A stretch of 64,000 bases of DNA from Mobula hypostoma (GCF_963921235.1 NC_086108.1:101558001-101622000); one strand, 5' to 3'; counted from the first letter of the stretch, positions 50,271 through 62,506 are shown. Notes: generated by a model from the sequence alone, not told the origin. Numbers and translations: made by a program.

Positions 50271-52770
50271 TATAATGGGTGACTTCAATCTACATGTAGA
50301 CTGGGTGAACCAAATTGGTAAAGGTGCTGAGGAAGAGGATTTCTTGGAATGTATGCGGGATGGTTTTTTGAACCAACATGTCGAGGAACCGACTAGAGAG
50401 CAGGCTATTCTGGACTGGGTTTTGAGCAATGAGGAAGGGTTAATTAGCGATCTTGTCGTGAGAGGCCCCTTGGGTAAGAGTGACCATAATATGGTGGAAT
50501 TCTTCATTAACATGGAGAGTGACGTAGTTAATTCAGAAACAAAGGTTCTGAACTTAAAGAGGGGTAACTTTGAAGGTATGAGACATGAATTAGCTAAGAT
50601 AGACTGGCAAATGACACTTCAAGGATTGACGGTGGATATGCAATGGCAGGCATTTAAAGGTTGCATGGATGAACTACAACAATTGTTCATCCCAGTTTGG
50701 CAAAAGAATAAATCAAGGAAGGTAGTGCACCCGTGGCTGACAAGAGAAATTAGGGATAGTATCAATTCCAAAGAAGTAGCATACAAATTAGCCAGAGAAA
50801 GTGGCTCACCTGAGGACTGGGAGAAATTCAGAGTTCAGCAGAGGAGGACAAAGGGCTTAATTAGGAAGGGGAAAAAAGATTATGAGAGAAAACTGGCAGA
50901 GAACATAAAAACGGACTGTAAAAGCTTTTATAGATATGTAAAAAGGAAAAGACTGATAAAGACAAATGTAGGTCCCCTGCAAACAGAAACAGGTGAATTG
51001 ATTATGGGGAGCAAGGACATGGCAGACCAATTGAATAATTACTTTGGTTCTGTCTTCACTAAGGAGGACATAAATAATCTTCCAGAAATAGTAAGGGACA
51101 GAGGGTCCAGTGAGATGGAGGAACTGAGCGAAATACATGTTAGTAGGGAAGTGGTGTTAGGTAAATTGAAGGGATTGAAGGCAGATAAATCCCCAGGGCC
51201 AGATGGTCTGCATCCCAGAGTGCTTAAGGAAGTGGCCCAAGAAATAGTGGATGCATTAGTGATAATTTTTCAAAACTCGTTAGATTCTGGACTAGTTCCT
51301 GAGGATTGGAGGGTGGCTAATGTAACCCCACTTTTTAAAAAAGGAGGGAGAGAGAAACCGGGGAATTATAGGCCGGTTAGCCTAACGTCGGTGGTGGGGA
51401 AACTGCTGGAGTCAGTTATCAAGGATGTGATAACAGCACATTTGGAAAGCGGTGAAATGATCGGACAAAGTCAGCATGGATTTGTGAAAGGAAAATCATG
51501 TCTGACGAATCTCATAGAATTTTTTGAGGATGTAACTAGTAGAGTGGATAGGGGAGAACCAGTGGATGTGGTATATTTGGATTTTCAAAAGGCTTTTGAC
51601 AAGGTCCCACACAGGAGATTAGTGTGCAAACTTAAAGCACATGGTATTGGGGGTAAGGTATTGGTGTGGGTGGAGAATTGGTTAGCAGACAGGAAGCAAA
51701 GAGTGGGAATAAACGGGACCTTTTCAGAATGGCAGGCGGTGACTAGTGGGGTACCGCAAGGCTCAGTGCTGGGACCCCAGTTGTTTACAAAATATATTAA
51801 TGACTTGGATGAGGGAATTAAATGCAGCATCTCCAAGTTTGCGGATGACACGAAGCTGGGTGGCAGTGTTAGCAGTGAGGAGGATGCTAAGAGGATGCAG
51901 GGTGACTTGGATAGGTTGGGTGAGTGGGCAAACTCATGGCAGATGCAATTTAATGTGGATAAATGTGAAGTTATCCACTTTGGTGGCAAAAATAGGAAAA
52001 CAGATTATTATCTGAATGGTGGCCGATTAGGAAAAGGGGAGGTGCAACGAGACCTGGGTGTCATTATACACCAGTCATTGAAAGTGGGCATGCAGGTACA
52101 GCAGGCGGTGAAAAAGGCGAACGGTATGCTGGCATTTATAGCGAGAGGATTCGAGTACAGGAGCAGGGAGGTACTACTGCAGTTGTACAAGGCCTTGGTG
52201 AGACCACACCTGGAGTATTGTGTGCAGTTTTGGTCCCCTAATCTGAGGAAAGACATCCTTGCCATAGAGGGAGTACAAAGAAGGTTCACCAGATTGATTC
52301 CTGGGATGGCAGGTCTTTCATATGAAGAAAGACTGGATGAACTGGGCTTGTACTCGTTGGAATTTAGAAGATTGAGGGGGGATCTGATTGAAACGTATAA
52401 GATCCTAAAGGGATTGGACAGGCTAGATGCGGGAAGATTGTTCCCGATGTTGGGGAGGTCTAGAACGAGGGGTCACAGTTTGAGGATAGAGGGGAAGCCT
52501 TTTAGGACCGAGGTTAGGAAAAACTTCTTCACACAGAGAGTGGTGAATCTGTGGAATTCTCTGCCACAGCAAACTGTTGAGGCCAGTTCATTAGCTATGT
52601 TTAAAAGGAAGTTAGATATGGCCCTTGTGGCTACAGGGGTCACGGGGTATGGAGGGAAGGCTGGGTTCTGAGTTGGATGATCAGCCATGATCATAATAAA
52701 TGGCGGTGCAGGCTCGAAGGGCCGAATGGCCTACTCCTGCACCTATTTTCTATGTTTCTATGTTTCTATG
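50271..52770 (+). mobile_element. 5'-truncated young CR1 (copy B), near-identical to copy A in inverted orientation
   Basis: Uninterrupted 798-aa ORF; truncated inside APE at 50271; (TTTCTATG)3 tail. Confidence 0.95.
50275..52671 (+). CDS. CR1 ORF2 remnant (C-terminal APE part + intact RT), N-terminally truncated
   Basis: [43 protein letters not shown]. Confidence 0.9.
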   Translation: MGDFNLHVDWVNQIGKGAEEEDFLECMRDGFLNQHVEEPTREQAILDWVLSNEEGLISDLVVRGPLGKSDHNMVEFFINMESDVVNSETKVLNLKRGNFEGMRHELAKIDWQMTLQGLTVDMQWQAFKGCMDELQQLFIPVWQKNKSRKVVHPWLTREIRDSINSKEVAYKLARESGSPEDWEKFRVQQRRTKGLIRKGKKDYERKLAENIKTDCKSFYRYVKRKRLIKTNVGPLQTETGELIMGSKDMADQLNNYFGSVFTKEDINNLPEIVRDRGSSEMEELSEIHVSREVVLGKLKGLKADKSPGPDGLHPRVLKEVAQEIVDALVIIFQNSLDSGLVPEDWRVANVTPLFKKGGREKPGNYRPVSLTSVVGKLLESVIKDVITAHLESGEMIGQSQHGFVKGKSCLTNLIEFFEDVTSRVDRGEPVDVVYLDFQKAFDKVPHRRLVCKLKAHGIGGKVLVWVENWLADRKQRVGINGTFSEWQAVTSGVPQGSVLGPQLFTKYINDLDEGIKCSISKFADDTKLGGSVSSEEDAKRMQGDLDRLGEWANSWQMQFNVDKCEVIHFGGKNRKTDYYLNGGRLGKGEVQRDLGVIIHQSLKVGMQVQQAVKKANGMLAFIARGFEYRSREVLLQLYKALVRPHLEYCVQFWSPNLRKDILAIEGVQRRFTRLIPGMAGLSYEERLDELGLYSLEFRRLRGDLIETYKILKGLDRLDAGRLFPMLGRSRTRGHSLRIEGKPFRTEVRKNFFTQRVVNLWNSLPQQTVEASSLAMFKRKLDMALVATGVTGYGGKAGF

Positions 52771-54024
52771 CCAGGTCCTGGTTAGTTAACAGCTCACTGT
52801 CCAAGGCTGATCCTGTCAGATCCTGGTAAAACACATGCTGTATGACCTGAGCTGTGGGCACAAGAAGTTGTTTTGACACTATGGCAACCATGCTTCAGTC
52901 TGAAGTTAATGCAGAACCAATCTGAGCATGTTTTGGTACAGTGAGAGATAGCCAGAACTGAGTTTAAGTAGATTCATTGTCAGAAAAGCCAATCGTTTAA
53001 CTTACAGGAATTCTGTAAAACTGTGAAAAGACCTTTATGTTTCACTATTTAACCTTCTAAGGGTAAACGTTAACCTGTTTTGTTTTCCAAATTCTGATCA
53101 TTGCAACTGGGCAAAACACTGTCACTGTTTTCAGATATGGGCCAAGTGTGGAGCGAGAGACACTGAGGTGGGTCAATAGTTCACAGAATTAAATGCAAAC
53201 AGAGTTAGAGTGAAAATAAAACAATAAACGCTAGGCCAAACAGGGCTGTTTAAATGGAAAATGAAGCCAACACTGCGGCTGAAAGGAATGACTAAATATA
53301 AAATGAATACCGCTAGTCTTCAGAGTCAGTTGACTCGACAGCCCTATTTTCCCAGGCAAGGCTGAATGCAAGCAGGCAGCGAAACGTTGCTGTGCTTTGC
53401 TCAAGTCTCGACACAGGCTACAATGTAAAGAATGGAGTTCAAAAATCATCACAACTAAGTAATAATTAGCTGACACTTGCACAATTGCCATATCTGCTGC
53501 GCTGCTGAATCCTTGGTTGTGACAATCACTTTACTGAGATTTTCTAGTGAGAGAGCTTGGGAGAAGAAGAAAGAAGGAAAATGGCAAGACAACAAAGATA
53601 GCAGAAGAAGAGTGAAATACTCACAGGACCCATATGGAAGGACAGATACGGATGTCAGAAAATCCTCATGTAGAGGATTCACAGAGAACAAGCAGATAAC
53701 GTTCAGTTAATTAGCTAGCACACAACACTGGAGGAAGTTCAAAGACTTTTTCCTTGGACGTTTCATGGACTTTTATTTATGCTTCACTTGGACTGGTTTT
53801 TCAGGGCAGAACCATTTTGAAACTATCAGTAAACAAAGTAAAGCAGTCTAGATTGATTATGCAATCATGAGCTCCAATGATTACGTATAAGTTATAGACT
53901 AATAGATGCATATGATGGGCCCTTTTTTTTGTACTTTAAAATTCTTCGTCAACTTTAATTTACATTGATTCTGGAGAAAAGTAAATATGCATGGGTGTGG
54001 TGTCAGTAGTCAAACTTCCCCTTC

Positions 54025-57000
54025 GGAGAAGGAAGTCTGATTTTCTGAGCGGAAGTGCGGCGGAAGCCATTTTGAATTTTTTTTTTTTCGATTGGCGTTC
54101 AGAGAGGCGGGGCTGCACAGGAGTGTGATGTCGGGCAGTGAAGCGCGGAAGATTTAAAAGGAACACAGCCTTATACAGCGGGCAGCGTAGTTTGCGGGCT
54201 GCGGAGTGAGCCGGGAGCAGAGTGATGGCTTAAGGGCTTAGACAGAAATGGGCGAGGCGAAGAGGGTTTGGTTTTCATTTCTTCCTGTTATTTGAAGAAA
54301 GGGGGGAAGTCTGAGTGTGAGGGTAGCTTGTTGTTCTCGGTGTCGGATGTGAGACGTTCTGGAGTCTCCTAGCCTCCCGGACGTCCACATCTGCGCCAGG
54401 TGCGTCGTGATGCAGCTCCGAAGGGACTGTGTTAGGGAACTGGAGCTGCAGCTTGTCTGGTCAGGGAGAGAGAGGAGTTGATAGAGAGGTTGTTACAGTC
54501 AGGTGGTCACACCGGGGCCACGGGCGGCAGACAAGTGGGTTATGGTTAGGAGGGGGAAGGGGAAGTTTCAGGTACTAGAGGGTACCCCAGTGGCTGTGCC
54601 CCTTGAAAATAAGTACTCCTGTTTGAGTACTGTTGGGGGAGACAGCTTACCTGGGGAAAGCAACAGTGGCCGTGCCTCTGGCACAGAGTCCGGCCCTGTA
54701 ACTCAGAAGGGTAGGGAAAGGAAGAGGAGGGCAGTAGTAATAGAGGACTGGATAGTTAGAGGGACAGATAGGCGATTCTGTGGACACAGTCAGGAGACCC
54801 AGATGGTAGTTTGCCTCCCTGGTGCCAGGGTCCGGGATGTTAATGATCGCATCCAAGATATCCTGAGATGGGAGGGAGAGGAGCCAGAACTCGTGGTACA
54901 TATAGGTACCAATGGCATAGGTAGGAAAAGGGAAGAGGTCCTGAAAGGAGAATATAGGGAGTTAGGAAGGAAGTTGAGAAGAAGGACTGCAAAGGTAGTA
55001 ATCTCGGGTTAACTGCGTGTGCCACGCGACAGTGAGAGTAGGAATGCAATGAGGTGGAGTATAAATGTGTGGCTGAGGGATTGGAGCAGGGGGCAGGGAT
55101 TCAAAGTTTTGGATAATTGGGACCTCTTTTGGTGCAGGTGTGACCTGTACAAAAAGGACAGGTTGTACTTGAATCCTAGGGGGACCAATATCCTGGCAGG
55201 GAGATTTGCAAAGGCTACTGAGGAGACTTTAAACTAGAATGGTTGCGGGGTGGGCATCAAATTGAAGAGACTAGGAGAGAGGAAGTTCGTTCACGAATAG
55301 AGAAAGCTAGTAGACAGTTTGTGAGGGAGGAAAGGCAGGGGTCAGAGATCAGGAGCACTCAGACCGAAGATGTAGGGGAGAAGGAAGAAAAAGATAGCAA
55401 AGTTGTTTGCTCCATTCAGGATAAACAGAGAGTAAGAGGTGGAGAGTTTCTTAAATGCATCTATTTTAATGCTAGAAGCATTGTAAGAAAGGTGGATGAG
55501 CTTAGAGCATGGATTGATACCTGGAAATATGATGTTGTAGCTATTAGTGAAACATGGTTGCAGGAGGGGTGTGATTGGCAACTAAATATTCCTGGATTTC
55601 GTTGCTTCAGGTGTGATAGAATCAGAGGGGCAAGAGGGGGAGGTGTTGCATTGCTTATCAGAGAAAATATAACAGCGGTGCTCTGGCAGGATGGATTAGT
55701 AGACTCGTCTAGGGAGGCTATTTGGGTGGAATTGAGGAATGGGAAAGGTGTAATGACGTCTATAGGGGTGTATTATAGACCACCTAATGGGGAGCGAGAC
55801 TTGGAGGAGCAAATTTGTAAGGAGATAGCAGATATTTGTAGTAAGCACAAGTTTGTAATTGTGGGAGACTTTAATTTTCCACACATAGACTGGGAAGCCC
55901 ATTCTGTAAAGGGGCTGGATGGTTTGGATATTGTAAAATGTGTGCAAGATAGTTTTTTGAAGCAATACATAGAGATACCAACTGCAGAAGGGGCAGTGTT
56001 GGATCTCCTGTTAGGCAATGAGATAGGGCAGGTGATGGAGGTATGTGTTGGGGAGCACTTCGGGTCGAGTGACCACAACACCATTAGTTTCAATATAATT
56101 GTGGAGAAGGAGAGGACTGGACCCAGGGTTGAGATTTTTGATTGGAGAAAGGCTAACTTTGAGGAGATGCGAAAGGATTTAGAAGGAGTGGATTGAGACA
56201 ATTTGATTTATGGGAAGGATGTAATAGAGAAATGGAGGTCATTTAAAGGTAAAATTTTGAAGGAACAGGATCTTTATGTTCCTGTTAGGCTGAAAGGAAA
56301 GGTTAAAAGTTTGAGAGAGCCATGGTTTTCAAGGGATAATGGAAACTTGGTTCGGAAAAAGAGAAGGATCTACAATAAATATAGGCAGCTTGGAGTAAAT
56401 GAAGTGCTCGAGGAATATAAAAAATGTAAAAAGAATCTTAAGAAAGAAATTAGAAAAGCTAAAAGAAGATATGAGGCTGCTTTGGCAAGTAAGGTGAAAA
56501 TAAATCCAAAGGGTTTCTACAGTTATATTAATAGCAAAGCGATAGTGAGGGATAAAATTGGTCCCTTAGAGAATCAGAGTGGGCAGCTGTGTGCGGAGCC
56601 AAAAGAGATGGGGGAGATTTTGAACAACTTCTTTTCTTTGGCATTCACGAAGGAGAAGGATATTGAATTGTATAAGGTAAAGGAAACAAGAAGGGTAGTT
56701 ATGGAAAGTATGATGATTAAAGAAGGGGAAGTACTGGCACTTTTAAGGAATATAAAAGTGGATAAGTCTTTGGGTCTGGACCAGATATTCCCTAGGACCT
56801 TGAGGGAGGTTCGTGTGGAAATAGCAGGGGCTCTGACAGAAATATTTCAAATGTCATTAGAAAGGGGGATGGTGCCGGAGGATTGGCGTATTGCTCATGA
56901 TGTTCCATTGTTTAAAAATGGTTCTAAGAGTAAACCTAGTAATTATCTTCCTGTGAGTTTGATGTCAGTGGTGGGTAAATTGATGTAAAGTATTCTTAGA

Positions 57001-59450
57001 TATGGTATATATAATTATCTGGATAGACTGGGTCTGATTAGGAACAATCAACATGGATTTGTGCATGGAAGGTCATGTTTGACAAATGTTCTTATTGAAT
57101 GTTTTGATGAGGTTACTAGGAAAGTTGATGAGGGTAAAGTAGTGGATGTTGTCTATATGGACTTCAGTAAGGTCTTTGACAAGTTTCCACACGGAAGGTT
57201 AGTTAGGAAGGTTCAATCATTAGGCATTAATATCAAAGTAGTAAAATGGATTCAGCAGTGGCTGGATGGGAGATGCCAGAGAGTAGTGGTGGATAACTAT
57301 GTGTCAGATTGGAGGATGGTGTCTAGTGGTGTGCCTCAGGGATCTGTATTGGGTCCAATGTTGTTTGTCATATATATTAATGATCTGGATGATGGGGTTG
57401 TAAATTGGATTAGTAAGTATTCAAATGATACTAAGAAAGGTGGAGTTGTGGATAATGAAGTTATCATGGTCCGGTCCGTGAAGTCCGCATTCCGGTTCCA
57501 GCTGTCCCTTGTTTGATTGAATTAAGCATAAGCACTTGATTCCCATCTTGGGGCTTTGAATATAAGTAGCCTTGGGGTTGAGTGTGAGCTGCTGGTTTGT
57601 CCTGTTAAGATCCCCTGGGAGCAACCTGCTGGTGGAAGGCTAGTGTGGCCACTTATCATCTTTGGGCTGTGTTGGAGTACCATTGCTTCATGGACCCTTG
57701 CTGTGGATAGTTGGAGCTGTTGTTGTTGTATGGATTTGGCTGTTTCCTGGGCCAGCTGAGTGGTTGCCAGCTGCTCTGAGCTAGGTAGGGATCTGGCTGT
57801 TTCTGTAGCCAGGTGAGGTTGCTGGCTGAACTGAGACTTGGAGCCACCCTGATGCAGAGATGGAACTGTCTGTTGTTCTTTGGTGTTTGTCTTGTCTTGG
57901 CTTGGCCTTGTCTCTGTGGGGTAAGTCAGGCTGTTCTGCTGTTGCCCTGTGGGGGGATCTGTCTTGTCTTGTCCTTGCCTCTGTGGGGTAAGTCAGACTG
58001 TTCTGCTGTTGCCCTGTGGGGTGTCTTGTCTTGTCTTTGCCTCTGTTGGGTAAGTCTGGCCATTCTGCTGTTACCTGATGGAGGGACCTGTCCCACCTTG
58101 GTGTGGAGATGAAGTTGAGTCCTGGCCTGTCTAAGGATAAGTCACGGCTCTATGTTGATGTACAGTTCCTAGTATGTCTCTGAGCTCCAGCCTCTGAGTT
58201 ATCAGCCTCTGCATTACAAGACCCCAGCTCCCAGTCTCCACCCTCAAGGCTCAAGACCCCAAGCCTGTCCGCAAGCCTCAAGACCCAGACCTCAACCACA
58301 TCCTGTCCGGTAGCCATGTCATGTCCTTGCCTGGATCTGGGGTACGAGCCCGTGGCAAGACCCAGGTTCTGGGTCCTTGTCCAGTCTCTGGCTCGGAGTC
58401 GAAGCCTTGGCTCCTAGTCCATGGTTTCTAGTCCTGGTCCTGCTTTCCCTAGCTCAAGTTCTGTTTTTGCCCCTGCTCCTGGTCTGAATCCTGTCACGTC
58501 CCTACTTTAGTCAAGTCCTGTTCCTTGTACTTCAGTGTCTGTGACTTGCATTTGGGTCCTTTCCCAGCACCCCATTGTGACAGAAGTAGGTTTTCAAAGC
58601 TTGCAGAGGGATTTAGACCACTTAGAAGAGTGGGCTGAAAGATGGCAGATGGAGTTTAATGCTGATAAATGTGAGGTGCTACATTTTGGTCGGACTAATC
58701 AAAATAGGACATACATGGTAAATGGTAGGGCATTGAAGAATGCAGTAGAACAGAGGGATCTAGGAATAATGGTGCATAGTTCCCTGAAGGTGGAATCTCA
58801 TGTGGATAGGGTGGTGAAGGAAGCTTTTGGTATGCTGGCCTTTATAAATCAGAACATTGAGTATAGGAGTTGGGATGTAATGTTGAAATTGTATAAGGCA
58901 TTGGTGAGGCCAGATTTGGAGTATTGTGTACAGTTCTGGCCACCAAATTATAGGATAGATGTCAATAAAATTGAGAGAGTACAGAGGAGATTTACTAAAA
59001 TGTTGCCTGGGTTTCATCTGCTAAGTTAGAGAAAGGTTGAACAAGTTAGGTCTTTATTCTTTGGAGCGTAGAAGGTTGAGGGAGGATTTGACAGAGGTAT
59101 TTAAAATTATGAGGGGAATAGATAGAGTTGATTTGGATAGGCTTTTTCCATTGAGAATGGGGGAGATTCAAACAAGAGGACATGAGTTGAGAGTTAAAGG
59201 GCAAAAGTTTAGGGGTATCATGATGGGGAACTACTTAGAGAGTGGTAGCTGTGTGGAACGAGCTTCCAGTAGAAGTGGTTGAGGCAGGTTTGATGTTGTC
59301 ATTTAAAGTTAAATTGGATAGCTATATGGACAGGAAAGGATTGGAGGGTTATAGGCTGAGTGCAGGTTGGTGGGACTGGGTGAGAGTAAGAGTTCGGCAT
59401 ATACTAGAAGGGCCGAGATGGCCTGTTTCCATGCTGTAATTGTTATATGG
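54025..59450 (+). mobile_element. CR1 LINE copy C, full-length, mildly decayed, with a solo-LTR-like insertion in RT
   Basis: 5'UTR similar to copy A; ORF1 pieces 54503-55012 and 55019-55237; ORF2 pieces 55243, 56203, 57061, 58535, 59037. Confidence 0.92.
57462..58582 (+). mobile_element. Solo-LTR-like element with perfect 5-bp TSD GAAGT
   Basis: GAAGT at 57457-57461 and 58583-58587; termini TATCATGG...TTGTGACA; TATA-like tataa near 57561; tandem repeats about 57880-58075. Confidence 0.88.
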
Positions 59451-59599
59451 TTAAAGAAATATTCAAACATTTCTTTGTTTACCTGAATCATATTTACACT
59501 AGATTTGTTTATTTCTTGGAAATGCCCTTTTCATCATTATTCCCATGCATTGTAGAATAATGTTGCTCTTCGTTTTCATTCACAGTAATAGTTAAATTA

Positions 59600-62080
59600 T
59601 TATGAGCTCACAGTGAGAGGGTTACACAAAGTATTGTGTACAGGAGTTGGGATGTTACATTGAGATCTAATTTAAAGTACTGAGTCCAGTTCTGGTAACC
59701 TACCAACAGGAAAGATAATAAGGTTGAAAGAGCACCAAGAAAATGTTGCCAAGACCTGAGAACCTAATTATAGGGAAAGATTGAATAAATTAGGACTTTA
59801 TTCCTGAAGCTTTGGCCAATGAGGGGAGATATGATTGAGGCATACAAAATTAAGAAATATATCATCAATGTAAATGCAAGGAGATTTTTTCCACTTGGGT
59901 TAGTTGAGACCTGAACTAAAGGTTACAGGTAAAGGTTGAAAGGTGAAATATTTCAGGGTAACCTGAGGGGGAACTTCTTGACTCAAGGGTGGTGAGAGTG
60001 TGGAATGAACTCCCAATGGAAGTAGTGGACACAGGATTGATTTGAACTTTTAAGAACAATTTGGAAAGGTACTTGGAGGGAGGAGTTTGGAGGTCTATGG
60101 CGTGGGTGCAGGTCAATGGGACGAGACAGATGAACAGCTCGGCACAGAAGAGATGGGTTGACGTTCCTATTTCTGTGCTGTAGAGTTCTATGACTCTATG
60201 ACTCTAACTTGTTATTAACACACAAAAAGATGAAGGGACATTCAGATGATTCAGCAAAGCAATCAGATCTATGCAATTGCAAACATTTTAAGTATTCCTT
60301 GTGGTGAGCTACCTTAGTTAAAGGACAACCTCTCATTTTATTCATGAAAAAGACATTTGTAAAAATGTTCTTTTAAAACAGATGGAACTCTTGGAATCGT
60401 GGCTTTCACCATAGAAGACAGAACATTACCGCACAGAAACAGACCATTCAGCCTGCAGAGTTGTGCCAAACCAGCTTAAAAAAAAAATCAAAAACACCAA
60501 ACACTAATCCTCTTACCCCCACCATGTCCAAAACCTTCCAACTTCCTTATATCCATGTGCCTATCCAAACGTCTCTTAAAAGTCTCCAATGTATTTGCCT
60601 CAGCCACCATACTAGGCAGTGCATCTAGATGTCCATCACTCTGAGTAATAATCTTACACCTCACACCCCCCCCACTGCCGCCTCACATACTTTCCCTCTA
60701 CTCTGTGCAATCTTTAAACATGCTCCACATGTCTAACATGGACTTACCAGAGAAAAAGGTGTTCCCAATTAACACTTCTCAGTTCCTGCCTAATGCCCTT
60801 GTAATTTTTTCTACTCCAATTTGACATTCTCCCACAAGAACCATACCTATTCTTATCGATAGCTATCCAGAAAGTTGGTGACTTTTGGTCACTGTTTCCT
60901 AACTGTTCACCCACTGTAAGGTCAGTCACCTGGCCAGGCTCATTACCCAACACCAGGTCCAGTACAGCCTTTCTTCTCATTGAACAGTCCAAATATTGAG
61001 TTAAGATACCTAGCTGGAGGCACTTAACAAATTCTGCCCCATCTAAACCCTTACACTAAGAAGGTCCCAGTTTATATTAGGGAATCTGAAATCCCTCATG
61101 AAAACAATCCTATCACTTTTACACATTTCCTTAATCTGCTTACATATCATAAGGCGGGAGGCGAAGATGGCGGCGCGGCTGTTCCGAATGATAGCGTATG
61201 TGTTAACTAGGGGGCCGTGCACAATCCTAATTTGTTGGAGACAGCTGTGTGAAGCACGGAGGAACACCTGGAGGCACTTCTGAAGTGTCCGCTTCGCTGC
61301 CGCTGCTACTGTGCGATCGAGGATCTCCGGAAGGGAAGGCCCCAAATCCTTGGCTTTGCCTGTTGCCAGGGCCGGGGTCGAAGCGCTCAGCAGAGATGGT
61401 GCTCGGTGCTCTGTGTTGGAGAGCTGGTCAGAGGCTAGGAGTATTCGGACGGACTCAGAGTCGGACTGTGGTCGGGTGCTTCCAGGATGCTGCATTGGCA
61501 AGTTTGCGGCGCTGGAGGTTCACAGTCTGCGTGAGTTGATGGGACTTTCGAGAGACTTTGAGATTTTTTACCATGCCCATGGTCTGTTCTTATCAAATTC
61601 CGGTATTGCTTTGCACTGTTGTAACTATATGTTATAATTATGTGTTTTTTGTCAGTTTTTCAGTCGGATTGTCATGTGATTCTGTGATATCATTCTGGAA
61701 AAACATTGTATCATTTCTTAATGCATGCATTACTAAATGACAATAAAAGAGGACTGCGTGTCCTCATAATCTAATATCTGCTTACCTCAATGTCCTGGTG
61801 GCTATTAGGGAGTATGAGGTACAATCCCATCAGTGTGATCGCACCCTGCTTATTCCTCAGTTCCACCCAAATGGACTCAGTTTCTGACCCCTCCATTATG
61901 TCTCCCCTGAGCGCAGTTGTGATATTGTCCCTGATTAGTAGTCCAACTACTTCTCCACCCTCCTTTTACCTTCTCTTCTGTCTTTTGTAAAACTTCAAAA
62001 ACCTGGAATATTAATCACTCATTCCTGCCCTTTTTCAACCAAGTTTCAGCAATGACCACAAAATTGTAGTTCCATGTACT
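59600..62080. mobile_element. Decayed CR1 fragments (+ 59600-60210; - 60410-62080)
   Basis: RT C-terminal remnants; APE remnant AVLDLVLGNEPGQV in ORF 60744-60992. Confidence 0.7.
61149..61773 (+). mobile_element. CpG-rich non-autonomous retroposon-like insert with probable TSD ATATC
   Basis: ATATC at 61144-61148 and 61774-61778; 5' AAGATGGCGGCG; 3' AATAAA and aatct-like tail. Confidence 0.65.
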
Positions 62081-62506
62081 GTAATTGACAAACCCGATAT
62101 TCATTTTCTTGTGGGAATAAGCAACAAGTCTATAGAATAGTAACAATAACAGAATCAATGAATGACTGCCAGACTAATGCTTTCACCCAGAAAACAACAA
62201 TGGGTGCAAATGCAAAGAGAAGACAATAATATAAATAAATAAACAATAAACATTGCGACCATCAGATGAAGAGTCCTTTCATAATGAGTTCATTGGTTGT
62301 GGGAATAGTTCAATGAAATGGCAAGTAAAGTTGAGTCAAGTCATCACTTTTGTTCATGATCCTGATGGCTGAGCGGTATTCCTACATCTCGTTGTGTGAG
62401 TCCTGAGGCTTCTGTACCTTCCTCCTGATGGCTGCAGTGAGATGAGAACGTGTCTTGGGTGGTAGAGGTCTCTGATAATGGATGCTGCTTTTCTGTAAGA
62501 ATGTTT

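Noticed and set aside
50275..52671. 798-aa ORF as a host or domesticated RT gene
   Set aside because: It is a 5'-truncated CR1 starting at an internal Met within APE, with a CR1 tail
57880..58075. Regular repeats resembling a CRISPR array
   Set aside because: Tandem units without unique spacers inside an LTR-like element in eukaryotic DNA; no cas genes
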